A stretch of DNA of 64,000 nt from Rhynchopus sp. YZ270_cl-10 (Eukaryota). The stretch is from contig OZ037844.1 in the NCBI GenBank assembly GCA_964035575.1, positions 1,302,001 to 1,366,000 of the forward strand, in the 5' to 3' direction. The position numbers and the translations under genes were made by a program. The first letter of the stretch is position 1. Each line of letters begins with the position of its first letter. The notes under the pieces were generated by a model that was not told the DNA's origin, ran no database searches, and saw only the letters and a list, made by a program, of their open reading frames with translations. Shown here in pieces: positions 23,201 to 34,973 of the stretch.

Positions 23201-26200
23201 TCTTGGGGTCGCTGAAGAAGGTGGCGGACGCGATCATGGGTGTGCTGAACGGGATTGGGGATGTGCTGTCATCTGTGGTCGGTGTGCTGAGGGACATGCC
23301 GCTGCTTGGGGAGCTGGTTTCCTTCGGGGAGGACCTGGTGAAGGGGCTTGCAAGCGTGTTTGTGCAGAAGAAGGACGAGCATGTGGCGATTGTGGAGGAG
23401 AATGTGTTTGGCTGCAACGTGCTGCAGAGGAAGTGGACGAACTGTGTGTCCATTGTGTGCTGGCCAAAGAGCGGGTCGAAGTACAACGACACGGAGTGCA
23501 TGGACGGGCTTGCGGCGGACGCAAAGAAGGTTGAGAACCTGGCGGCGTCGGGTGCTGCGAAGGAGGCTGCGACGCAGGACAACAAGAACACGAACGGCGG
23601 GTTTGTGGCTGTGCTTGACACGGGCTTTGCGCCGGCGGACCCCGAGGTGGCCGTGGACCCTGTGTTCACGGTTGCATCTGGGCACACGGGTGCCGCAGGG
23701 TCGACGGTCGACGTGTCGACGCCGGTGCTGAACCAGGGCGGCGTGGCGGACCCGACGATGGTGTCGTCGAGCTTCGGGGTGGACTTCGGGGCGGGGGCGG
23801 CAGACCTGGAGGACCAGGCGGCGGCGAGTCTGTCGACGTCGCTTGCGCACGACGTGCAGAACGGCGTGAACCCAACGTTCTCGGAGGACTACGCAGACGA
23901 GGCGGACACGACGTACAAGGCCTACGTGCCCGTGCTGCCGCTGCTGGACAGGAGCCGCCTGAACACGGTCACGACGTCTCTGCAGGGGTTCTCGGGGTCG
24001 GTGCAGAAGCCCGCCTGGCTGCGTCTGGACGAGCGCTGCAAGACGGGTGCGTACAGCACGCTGCTGTCGTCAAAGGTGCAGGAGGGGCGGTGCGGGGTGT
24101 CGTACCTGTACTCTGTGTGGCTCGGGGTCGACGGCTGCGGGCAGGAGACACGGGTGACAGACAGGGTGACCTTCCCGGCAGAGCCGCCGGTGTTCGCACA
24201 CCCCTTCCCAGAAGACTTCACCACAGCGCTCCCGCACACAGACATGGGCCCGTACGGGGTGCCGAAGGCGGGGTCGCAGTACGGGCCGGAGGTGTTGGTG
24301 ACGTACGAGGACAGCCTGGACGAGGTGGTGGTGCTGTCGGCGTCGTCGTGGCTGCTGAAGCGCACGTGGACGACCCAGCTCTTCCTGGCGGAGGGGTCGT
24401 GCGACTACGACATTATGGGGGAGACGCGTGTGCAGCACATCACTGTGACGACGCCGCCGCCGGAGTTCGTTGCACTTGCGGCGGACCTGAACGGGCGCTT
24501 CCTCGGCGCACGGGAGGGCGCGGAGCTGCCACGCGACTCTGGGGTGCCCGTGCCGATTGTGACCCGGCCGGAGCGCCAGTACTGGGTGGAGGTGAAGGTG
24601 TCTGCGACGCAGCGCTACTACAAGCACAGGGACCTTGAGTGCTACCTGAATGTGGCGCGTGCCCCTTGGGTGGTGCGGGATCCCGAGCGGCACACGGAGG
24701 AGGGTCGTGCGGATCTCATTGCGACAATCCCGCTGGTGACGGTGTGCACGGCGGAGAGGACGCTCTGGACGTCGAAGGCCCTGGGGGCGCTCTCTCTGGA
24801 CGGGGCCGGAAAGATGGCGGACGACACGGTGTCGAGCAGCCAGCGTGTGATGCGGCTCACGCACAATGGGATTACGCTGCGCACGGAGTTCCCCGAGGGG
24901 GAGCTCGCCTCGTACATCTACGACTGGCTCTACATTCACTACGACGCGACGCAGCCGATGCTCTCGGACAGACACTCAGACCGGTACGACGAGTGGGAGG
25001 ACAAGTGCGTGCGGGAAGGGATGGACTGCCGCTTCCTGGCCAAGGTGGGACAGTACAAGATTGTGCCGGAGAACGAGGCGCTGTACCACAACAGCCCAAG
25101 CTTCGATACCGCGGGTGCGGGGATGCTGTCGTCGGTGGCGTGTGCGGACTTTGGGGGTGTGTGGATGCTGGCGGGTGATGCATACGCCCCTGTCCTGTCG
25201 ACAGACTCGGACTGTGCGGAGGGGAGCTCGGTGACGGTGGTGTCTGCGGAGCGCACGTACGACACGTGCGGGCAGGTTGTGTGGAGGGTTGAGTACCTGG
25301 GGCACGACTCGGACAGCTGCGGGAAGGAGGCTGCGGTGGCCTTCCGCGACTTTGTGGTGACGACGACGGTGACGGCGGTGACGGACCTGTGGGAATACTT
25401 CCCCGAGGACGACGAGGTGCAGATGGTCGCAGACGACGACTTTGCCTCTGCGGCTGCGCTGTGCAGTGCGGAGGTGCTGCCGCTGGGGCCTGCACGTGTG
25501 GAGGTGCCGTGTGGGATGGCGCCGGTTGTGGTGGATTACGTTGACAGCGTGGTGGAGGAGGTGGACCGCTTCACCTTTGAGCGCACGTGGCGCATCCGCT
25601 CCAGCGTCGACGGCGACTGCGCGCAGGTGCTGCTGAACAGGGAGCGGGTGCAGGTGGTGGTGGCGCTGAAGCGCCCGGTGCTGCTTTCGGTGGCAGTCCC
25701 GACCCACGGGGTGGACCTGGAGCTGACAATGGTGTGGAGCGACACCGTGGCGGACCTGCTCGAGGCGATTGCGGATGCGGCGGACGTGGACGCAGACCTG
25801 GAACACCTGTTTCTGGAGGACGAGACAAACCTGGCGACGCCAGGGAAGATGCTGGCGGACTACCCCGGGATCGCACGGACAGGGACGTGGGTGTCGGCTG
25901 TGCCCACCGGGGCGTACAGGCTGCGCGTGGCCTCGACATGGACGAACGTGCGGGACATTGGGACGACGCGTTTCAGCACGTCGACAGAGTCTGTGGAGGA
26001 GGTGTGCTTCAAATCCTGGACGGACGTAGACATCACACTGTCGACCTACACGCTGGACCCGTCGTTCCAGGTGTACGTGCGGAGTGGCTACGCGGCATGG
26101 TGGCAAACACCCGACGAGTGCGCTATGCAATGGGAGCGCACAAAAACCTGCACGCATGTGATGGCGGGTGCGGACGAGGGAAAGCCGATCCCTGGCAGCT

Positions 26201-29200
26201 GCGAGCACGCGGGATACCTGTGGACGTGGTCGACCGTCGGGAAGGGGACGACCTTCGTGCCCGACACTGCGGCGCCGCCAACACCCGCACCGCCGACGCC
26301 TGCGCCGCCGACATTGCCACCGCCAACACCGGCACCGATCCGCCAGAAGCTGGAGGTGGTTGTGGAGTCGTTCACGTCGACCCGATCATACGGGCTCCAG
26401 GTGCAGGTGGAGTTTGACGGTGTCGATGCGTACGACGGATGCCACGAAGCGACGACCCGCCTCGGCTACAACAAATACATGTCCGGGGCGATGGAGGTGG
26501 TTGTGTCGGACTACGTCTACTCGGATGTGTTCCGTGTGCGCCTGACCACTTTACTGTCGAGGTGCAATTACGTCTACCGGAAGTGGTCGTTGAAGACGTG
26601 CGAGTTCAGTGTGAAGGACGCGACGGACAACGGGGACTGGGTGCGTGCGACGTGCCACTACGTCTACTACTCCACCAGCATCCCTCTCTCGATCCGCTGG
26701 CGTTGGGGAAGCGGGGACACGCTGCCGCCGGCCCCTGCGCTGTGCCCTGCGATGCGGACACGGACGGCGTGGTCGCAGCTGTCGTGCGACGAGCGTACAC
26801 TCTACACACGCGCAGTGGCGGAGTTCCGGACGGTGCGTGCCGACGAGTACAAGGCCTTCATGGACATGTACACGTTCCCGGAGAACCGCGGGTCGGGTGG
26901 GTTCACGACGTTCGCCTGGAACCGCTGGTACCTGCACGGGTGGGAGTCTGCGCTGCGGTCGCTTGGGGGTGACTTCGCCTGTGTGACGGTGCCGTACTGG
27001 GACTACCACAAGGACACAGGTGTCGAGTGTGCGCAGAACGAGGCCCTCCGGATGGACACCAGTGCGTTTGGGACCTGTGGCGGGGTTGCCGCAGACACGC
27101 ACTGCGTGACGGACGGGATGGCTGCTGGGTGGACGCTGTCGGGCGGGGCTGGTGGTGGGTGTGTGCGCCGCGAGTTTGCGTCGTACTCGTACGTGCAGAC
27201 AGAAGACAGGGTGGAGGGGATGCTGCGGTATGGAACGGAGGCAAGCTTCACGGAGTGGCTGGGGAAGGTCGATGTGCGTGTGCGCGGCCTTGTTGGGGGC
27301 ACGATGAACGACTTCTTTGGGAACACGCAGCCCGAGGACCCGCTCTTCTTCATCCACCTGGCGAACATGGACCGCCTGCTGGCGCTGTGGCAGGACTACC
27401 GCGGCCTGGACGAGTGGGAGCCGGAGCATACTGTCTCGGGTGCAGTGGCGGCCGAGGTGCTGAACATGCAGCATGCTGCGGACGGGTCTGTGCTGACGGC
27501 GTACTTCGGGACAGACGCGGTGACGGTCGCGCATGTGTTTGCACCGTACAAGATGGCTGCGGGTGCGTATGCGTACGGGGCCGATGCGATTGGGGCGCGC
27601 CTTGACTCCTTCCCCATGCAAGGGTACTGGTCCTCGGTGATCGTCCCCGGGGACACAACGGCAGTGACGTGCCCCCGCGGCCCGACCGGGCCTGCGCCTG
27701 CGCCGACACCGACCGTAGTAGCGTACCCGGTGGAGGTGGTGGTGACTGGCTACACTGCATATGGGGCGGACCTTGTGCAGGCACAGACAAAGGTCTTCCT
27801 GGACGGGGTCGCAGATGCGGAGGTGTGCCTGCCCAACGCGTCTGGTGAATACGGCTACAGACTTGGGGAGCACAAGTGGACGACGGTGGACCTGGCAGCG
27901 GAGGTGTCGCCGGTGTCTGTGGTTGCGTCGACGGATGTGTCTGGGCAGGGGTCTGCGACGACAGTCGGTGTGAGGCTGGCGCTGGGGACGGGCGACGACT
28001 GCGACACAATCTTTTTCCAGACGACGTGCCGTGTGGCGGTGGCGGACGCACCTGCAGACGGGGAGTGGGCACACGGGGTGTGCGAGGGCGTGGATACGGC
28101 CGGCGGTGTGCACGCGTCGCTGGCGTATAAGTGGCGTCGCGGTGCGGCAGGTGCGACGACACTCCCGTCTGCACCCGTGCCCGCAGAGCCTGTGTGTACG
28201 GGCACCTCAAGCCGCGTGCGGACGGCGCTGTCGCAGCTGACGTGCGACAAGCGCGACCTGTACATGCAGGCTGTGGCAACCTTCCGTGCGACACGGACGA
28301 GTGAGTACAACGCCTTCATGGACATGCACAAGTTCCCGGAGAACCGCGGTGGGGCAGCAGGTGCGGCGGGTGCGGCAACGGAGGCGGACCTGCTGCAGTT
28401 TGTGATGCTGCAGTTTTCCTGGTACCGCCGCTACCTGCACGGGTGGGAGTCTGCGCTGCGGTCGCTTGGGGGTGCCTTCGCCTGTGTGACGGTGCCGTAC
28501 TGGGACTACCACAAGGACTCGCGGCTGGAGTGTGCGCGGAACGAGGCGCTGACGGCGGACGCGTTTGGATCGTGCACAGGGTCCGTTGGGACGTGTGTGA
28601 GCAGCGGGATGGCGGCGGGATGGACGCACTCGGCAGACGCGAGCGGTGCGTGCATCACACGCGACTTTGCAACAACGACGTACGTGCACCCCTCGACCAA
28701 GGTTGTGGACAAGATCTCGTCGGACCTCGCGACCTTCGTGTCCTGGATGGCGAACATGCACACCCGCACGCTTGCCTTTGTTGGTGGGACCATGAACGAC
28801 ACTGTGGGCCACACGCAGCCCGAGGACCCGCTCTTCTTCATCCACCTGGCGAACATGGACCGCCTGCTGGTGCTGTGGCAGGACTACCAGGGACACGACG
28901 AGGTGCAGGTGTCTGCGGCTGGGGTGCTGGCGGGCCTTGGGGTAACGGACGAGACGCTGAATATGCAGTACGCTGCGGACGGGTCTGTGCTGGTGGCGTA
29001 CTTCGGTGTGTCCGACAAGATCTCGGATGTGTTCACCCCTGCACAGCAGGGCATATCTGGCTGGGGGGGCGCGTACGTGTACGGGGCAGATGCGAACGCG
29101 GCGCAGCTGGGCTACCCGGTGACCGGGCTGTGGTCTTCTGTGCGCATCGGGAACACGTCTGCAGTGTGCACGCCTGGCTGCGAGCGGAAGCGGAAGGCGT

Positions 29201-31009
29201 GGTCGCAGCTGGCGTGCACCGAGGGCGACCTCTACACACGCGCAGTGGCGGAGTTCCGGACGGTGCGTGCCGACGAGTACAAGGCCTTCATGGACATGTA
29301 CACGTTCCCGGAGAACCGCGCCGGGTCTGGGCTTGCGATGTTTTCCTGGAACCGCTGGTACCTGCACGGGTGGGAGTCTGCGCTGCGGTCGCTTGGGGGT
29401 GAGTTCGCCTGTGTGACGGTGCCGTACTGGGACTACCACAAGGACACGGGTGTCGAGTGTGCGCAGAACGAGGCGCTGACGGCGGGCGCGTTTGGGAAGT
29501 GCAGTGGGGTTGCCGCAGACACGCACTGCGTGACGGAGGGTGTGGCTGCTGGGTGGACGCTGTCTGACGGGAGCGGGGTGTGCGTGACACGCGAGTTTGG
29601 GTCGGGTGCGAGCGTGCAGACGCCGTCGAGGGTGGTTTCCATGGTGAAGTATGCAACGGGGGCAACCTTCACGGACTGGCTGGCCAAGGTCGATGTGCGT
29701 GTGCAGGAGATTGTTGGGGGCACGATGAACGGCACGAACACGCAGCCCGAGGACCCGCTCTTCTTCATCCACCTGGCGAACATGGACCGCCTGCTGGCGC
29801 TGTGGCAGGACTACCAGGGACACGCCACCTCGTCGACGCCGGCGGAGCGCATTGCGATCTTCGGGGAGGTGGACGTGGCGCTGAACATGCAGCATGCTGC
29901 GGACGGGTCTGTGTTGACGGCGTACTTCGGGCGGGAGGCTGTGTCCGTGTCGGACGTGCTGTATGTGCACAGCATGGTTGGCGGGGTGGACTACTCGTAC
30001 GGAAACGACGGGCTCGCTGCGAGGCTCGGGACGCACACCTTCTCTGGTGCAGACTGGAAGGGGGTGTCTGTGGGCGACGTGTCGCCTGTGTGTGTCGCCT
30101 CGTGCAGCAGCACCACAAGCACACGGCAGGCGTACTCGCACACGTCGTGCGGTGCGCGCGACCTCTACACACGTGCGGTTGCGGAGTTCCGGACGGTGCG
30201 TGCCGACGAGTACAAGGCCTTCATGGACATGTACACGTTCCCGGAGAACCGCGGGTCGGGTGGGTTCACGATGTTTGCCTGGAACCGCTGGTACCTGCAC
30301 GGGTGGGAGTCTGCGCTGCGGTCGCTCGGGGGTGACTTCGCCTGTGTGACGGTGCCGTACTGGGACTACCACAAGGACTCGCGGCTGGAGTGTGCGCAGA
30401 ACGAGGCGCTGACGGCAGACGCGTTTGGGACGTGCAGTGGGGTTGCCGCAGACGCACTGCGTGACGGAGGGTGTGGCTGCTGGGTGGGCGCTGTCTGACG
30501 GGAGCGGGGTGTGCGTGACACGCGAGTTTGCGACCACGAAGTTCATCCATTCCCGCACAACGCTGACAAACCGCCTGGGCTACACTGACGTGGTGAGCTT
30601 CACAGTCTGGCTGGCCAAGCTTGACCTGCGTGTGCAGGAGATTGTTGGGGGCACGATGAACGGCACGAACACGCAGCCCGAGGACCCGCTCTTCTTCATG
30701 CACCTGGCGAACATGGACCGCCTGCTGGCGCTGTGGCAGGACTACCAGGGTGCTGACGAGGGGACGTATGAGGCACTTGGTGTGGCGGACGTGGCGCTGA
30801 ACATGCAGCATGCTGCGGACGGGTCTGTGCTGACGGCGTACTTCGGGACGGATACAGTCTTGGCCTCGAGCGTGTTCCTGACCACTGCGATGCCTGGTGG
30901 GGCCGGCTACGCATACGGGAACGACGACATGGCAGGGCTTCTGAGTGTTCCAAAAGTGGGGTCCTGGGACCTGATCACCCCTGGAGGTTCCCCGAAGTAC
31001 CAGTGTTGA
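17251..31009 (+). CDS. Giant secreted multidomain protein, copy 2 (~4586 aa if intact; 2-bp deletion near 30452 shifts the frame in the last tyrosinase-like domain)
   Basis: ORF 17251-30498 continues in ORF 30425-31009. N-terminal signal-peptide-like MKSPALLLVAVCWMLLLGAVPG (alternative ATG 17263). Copy 1 reads gcagacacgcac where copy 2 reads gcagacgcac. Confidence 0.88.
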
Positions 31010-34000
31010 TGTGGATGAGTGTTTTTATTTTCCCCATTTCTTTTTTCCAACCCTCTCAATTATTATATTGACACCCCAGCCCCAACTTCCATTTTGTTTT
31101 GACCTCTTCAACTTGAACGCAGCAAACCCATTTCATTTCTCGCACCCCACCCACCCCCTCCCTTGTTGTTGTAAGTTATGTGCCGCACACCTGCAGCCAT
31201 CGCTTACAACGGTCAGCTTTAAATATTTTTTTTTTTGTCTTTTGTTGTTTTCGTTTATTCTCAATTTTATTTTTTGGTTTGACGCCACCCCTGTGTGTTG
31301 TTTGCTTTATGATTTCTGTACAACGGGAACAGTCTGTGGTGCACTGGAGAACTAAGACAGGCAGACAATCGAGATTGGCTGTGGAAAAGGATGTTCTCTG
31401 TCTTTACCTTTTTTTTCTTTTTTCTTTCTTCTACTGCACACCAGCCTCCTTCCTCTCACTCTTTATGTAGAGAGCCTTTTTGTTCGTTTTGACCTTTTTT
31501 TTGGAAGAACGTAGTACCCACAACGCCTGTTTGTGCTTTCATGCACACAAGGTGTTTTGTTTGTTGTGTGAGTTTGAGTCTTTCGTCTTTCGATTTCAAT
31601 GTGTGGATGATGAACAAGTCTGGCTTTTGGATGGTATTCCTTAGCTTATTTTTCTACTTTTGTTGAACATGAGGGATGCTCCTCAGAACCTGAATACATT
31701 TTTTTTTTTTTTTTTTTTTGTAAATCAAGCAGGGCTTCCCGCAGGATCTGGGGTTTTGGCTTCCCAGGGGGACCAGCCAAAAAAAGGTGAAAAAATTTTT
31801 TTTTTCGCGCCTTGTTGTGTGTGGTGTGTAGTACTAACGCTGACGCTACATTACGTTACGCGCCTCTACGCACTTTAAGCGGTCAAAAATCTTTTTTTTC
31901 GCCTCCGGCGAAAATGTCCCGGTAAACCGTTAAAACTGCTGCATTCACTCGCATATTGCATATCATCTCACGTTCCCCACCTTTGCAGACATTTCCTAGT
32001 AGGGGACGAAAGTTGTTGGCGAAGCCACGGTACGCAGCATTTCAAAATATTGTGCTTAAAATTGCACTATTTTACAGCCAAACTATGTCATGGGTGGCTT
32101 GCAATCTTGCGCCGCAGGCGCACGGTACGCTACTTTTTTCCTTGGCCCCGAAGAGGCAGAAAATAGCGGTTGCAAAGAACCACGAGTATGCCTCATGAAC
32201 AAAGTGACCCCGTCACAGCCAGAACGCGACTCAATTGGTCAAACGCCGAAGGAAAAGGAAGCATGCAGCGTGGCGAAATAAGGCCTGAGCAGATAACTTG
32301 GGACTCCGCCGGTCGCTTTGCAAATTCCATTATGGAAATCTGTCTTGGTCCGGAGGACTTTTTTGGTGCCATCTTTTCCCCCTGTTAGTTGCCTGTATTT
32401 GGATGCGCGGCGACGGGAGGGTAGGAAAAGTTTAAAAAAAATGTGGAAAATTCCTAATAGGCAGCCTCGGAACACTCAACGGCAGGCTGGTCCCCCCTGG
32501 TCCCCCCTTATTTTTTTCTTTTTTCCCCAGGGGGACCAGTGGTCCCCCCTGGTCCCCCCTGTGGGAAGCCCTGTCAAGCATAGGTTTCGAACGCGCGTTC
32601 GCGTTTTTTGGGCGTTTTCGAGTGCGCGTTTGAAAAACGAAAAAAAAAACGCGCGTTCGGAAAAAACGAGAAAAAAAACGCGCGTTCGGAAAAAACGAAA
32701 AAAAAACGCGCGTTCAGAAAAAACGAAAAAAAACGCGCGTTTGAAAAACGGGAAAAAAACGCGCGTTCGGAAAAAACGAGAACAAAAACGCGCGTTTGAA
32801 AAACGAAAAAAAAAAACGCGCGTTCGAAAAAGTGGAAGCCTCATGTTTACGTGGGGAGGTTTTTCGAACGCGCGTCGAAAAAGTGGTTTTTTCAAACGCG
32901 CGTCCAGTTTTTCAAACGCGCGTTCGAAAAAACCACTTTTTCGAACGCGCGTTTGAAAAAAAAAAAAAAAAACGCCCTTTTTTTTTTACGCGCGTCCGGC
33001 TTTTCGAACGCGCGTTTTTTTTTTTTTTTTGCGCGTTTTTTTTTTTTTTTCATGTGCGCGTTTTCCGATTTTGGATTTGCGCGTTTTCGATTTTCGAACG
33101 CGCGTTCGAAACCTATGATCAAGGTACTTGACAATAGGAAATAGAAACGACGGAAGGTGCGTGCCCGCCAGCTTGTGTTTTCTCACTCATTATTTTTTCT
33201 CTCTCATACAACACACACTTCAGCGAAAAAACACAACAAGCTTGCGGAGCGATAAACGAAAAAGTTGTTTTTCATTGTTTTCTTTTTATTCAGAACCGAA
33301 AGTTAGTTTCTATTTTTGACTTTGCGTCTTCTTCCCGAACCGCCCCCTTTGGGTACATTCGTTCTTCACATGACCCATACCACCCACACCACCCTTGTTC
33401 GTAGGGCGGCGTTTTATTTTATCCTGGGTTTTGTTTTGACTGGCTCGTCAGTGTGACTGTCTGCGAGTGTGTGCACACACCAAGTCCTTGAACAACACAT
33501 GTTCGGTTCTTCTGCTGTGCGCACAGGAGCAGTGCTGCTGTCCTTTACCTTTTGTTGTTGTTCCAATTTATTTTGCTCTTTTGTTGTTGTTGTTTCTGTT
33601 TTCTATTTTCTATTTTCTATTTTCTATTTTCTATTTTCTGCAGCTAAGCCCCGTGATGTGCTAGCCCTTGTGCCTGCACAGACGACAGCAGGCAGCGTGC
33701 CAGACCTGTTTGTCACTCATCTTTCCAATAGAGTCATGCTTTTGACTTCGCGAGTGTGCTACGAACAGGGGACGGTGTGCTGTGCTGTGGTCTGATCTGA
33801 TGTAGGACGAGCGCTCGTTGTGTCCTTGCTTCTCTTGCAACACCCCTTTGTTAATTCTTGTTGTTCACACAGAACTTTGATGCCAACCAAGGCAACGCCA
33901 ACATTCGGATCTCTGCCAACATGCGTTTCCCCCTATTTCGGAATCCTGTCTGCCTACCCTGCACGTGTCGCACACATGCAGGCGAACGCCAGTACATGGT

Positions 34001-34555
34001 CTTTCCTGATACAATGTTGCAGTGATGAGTTTGGTGGATGAGATTGTGTCTGGTTATTTCTTCAATTTCTCTTTTCTGTGTTCCTGCGCGACACCCGACC
34101 CTGCTGTTTGCTTTCGTGGTGCATTTGCACCTGTTTCACATTCACTGGGAGGTGGTTTGGACCCTTGTCAAAAGGACCCTAGCACCCCCCCTGGTCGTCC
34201 ACCCCTTTCCCTCTTCCCTCTTCCCGCTTTTCCCACTGCCCCACCCTGCACCCTGCACCCTGCATCGATCCCACGCACCGAACCCCCCTGTCGCGTGGTT
34301 CTGCATCCGGATCCTTTGTTGAGGTGCCAGGCAACATTGATGACGACGTTCTTTTCAACATTTTTCTGTCTTTGTGGTTGTTGGTTTGCTTTCGTTTTGT
34401 TGAGGTCAACCCACTGTTCCTTCTCTTCCCCCCTTTTCCCCCCTGTTCACACCTCGTTATCAATCCGTGAAAAAACCAAAACAAACAAAATGAAAGAGCA
34501 CCTCACATAGTTTGTTTCATCATAAAAATCGGCGCCCAACACAGTCTCTCCCACA
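20137..34555 (+). repeat. Segmental/tandem duplication, copy B
   Basis: Matches 1-14420. Differences I spotted: GTG>GCG (968 vs 21104), the 2-bp deletion at ~30452, and homopolymer lengths. Confidence 0.95.
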
Positions 34556-34973
34556 CCACCCACAACAGACCCCCCTCCCCTCCCCTCCGCTCCCCTCCCC
34601 CACTCCCATTACACAAAGGAGCCACCCCCCTCCTACGACTCCTCTCTTACACAGAGCTTCTTCTTCACTCTCGCAGCCCCGCACCACTCTCCGCCCCACT
34701 TGACGCCTGCATCCACGAAGACGCCCCCCCAGCTTAAACTTCCCTCTATTGGTCCCCTTTTTTGGCACACCCTCTATTTGCTTTCTTTTACGGCTCCTGC
34801 GAAGAAAAAACCTGCTATCTAGTCTCTTATTAAACAAGACCTATTTTTTGGCACACTATTGGGCGGTCGTTTGCATGCCACGAATTAGAGGACTAGCATC
34901 CTAAAACGATTGACTTTACACCCCCCCCTTCCCTTCCCTTCCCTCCGCTCCGCTCCGCTCCTCCTTTATCTCC

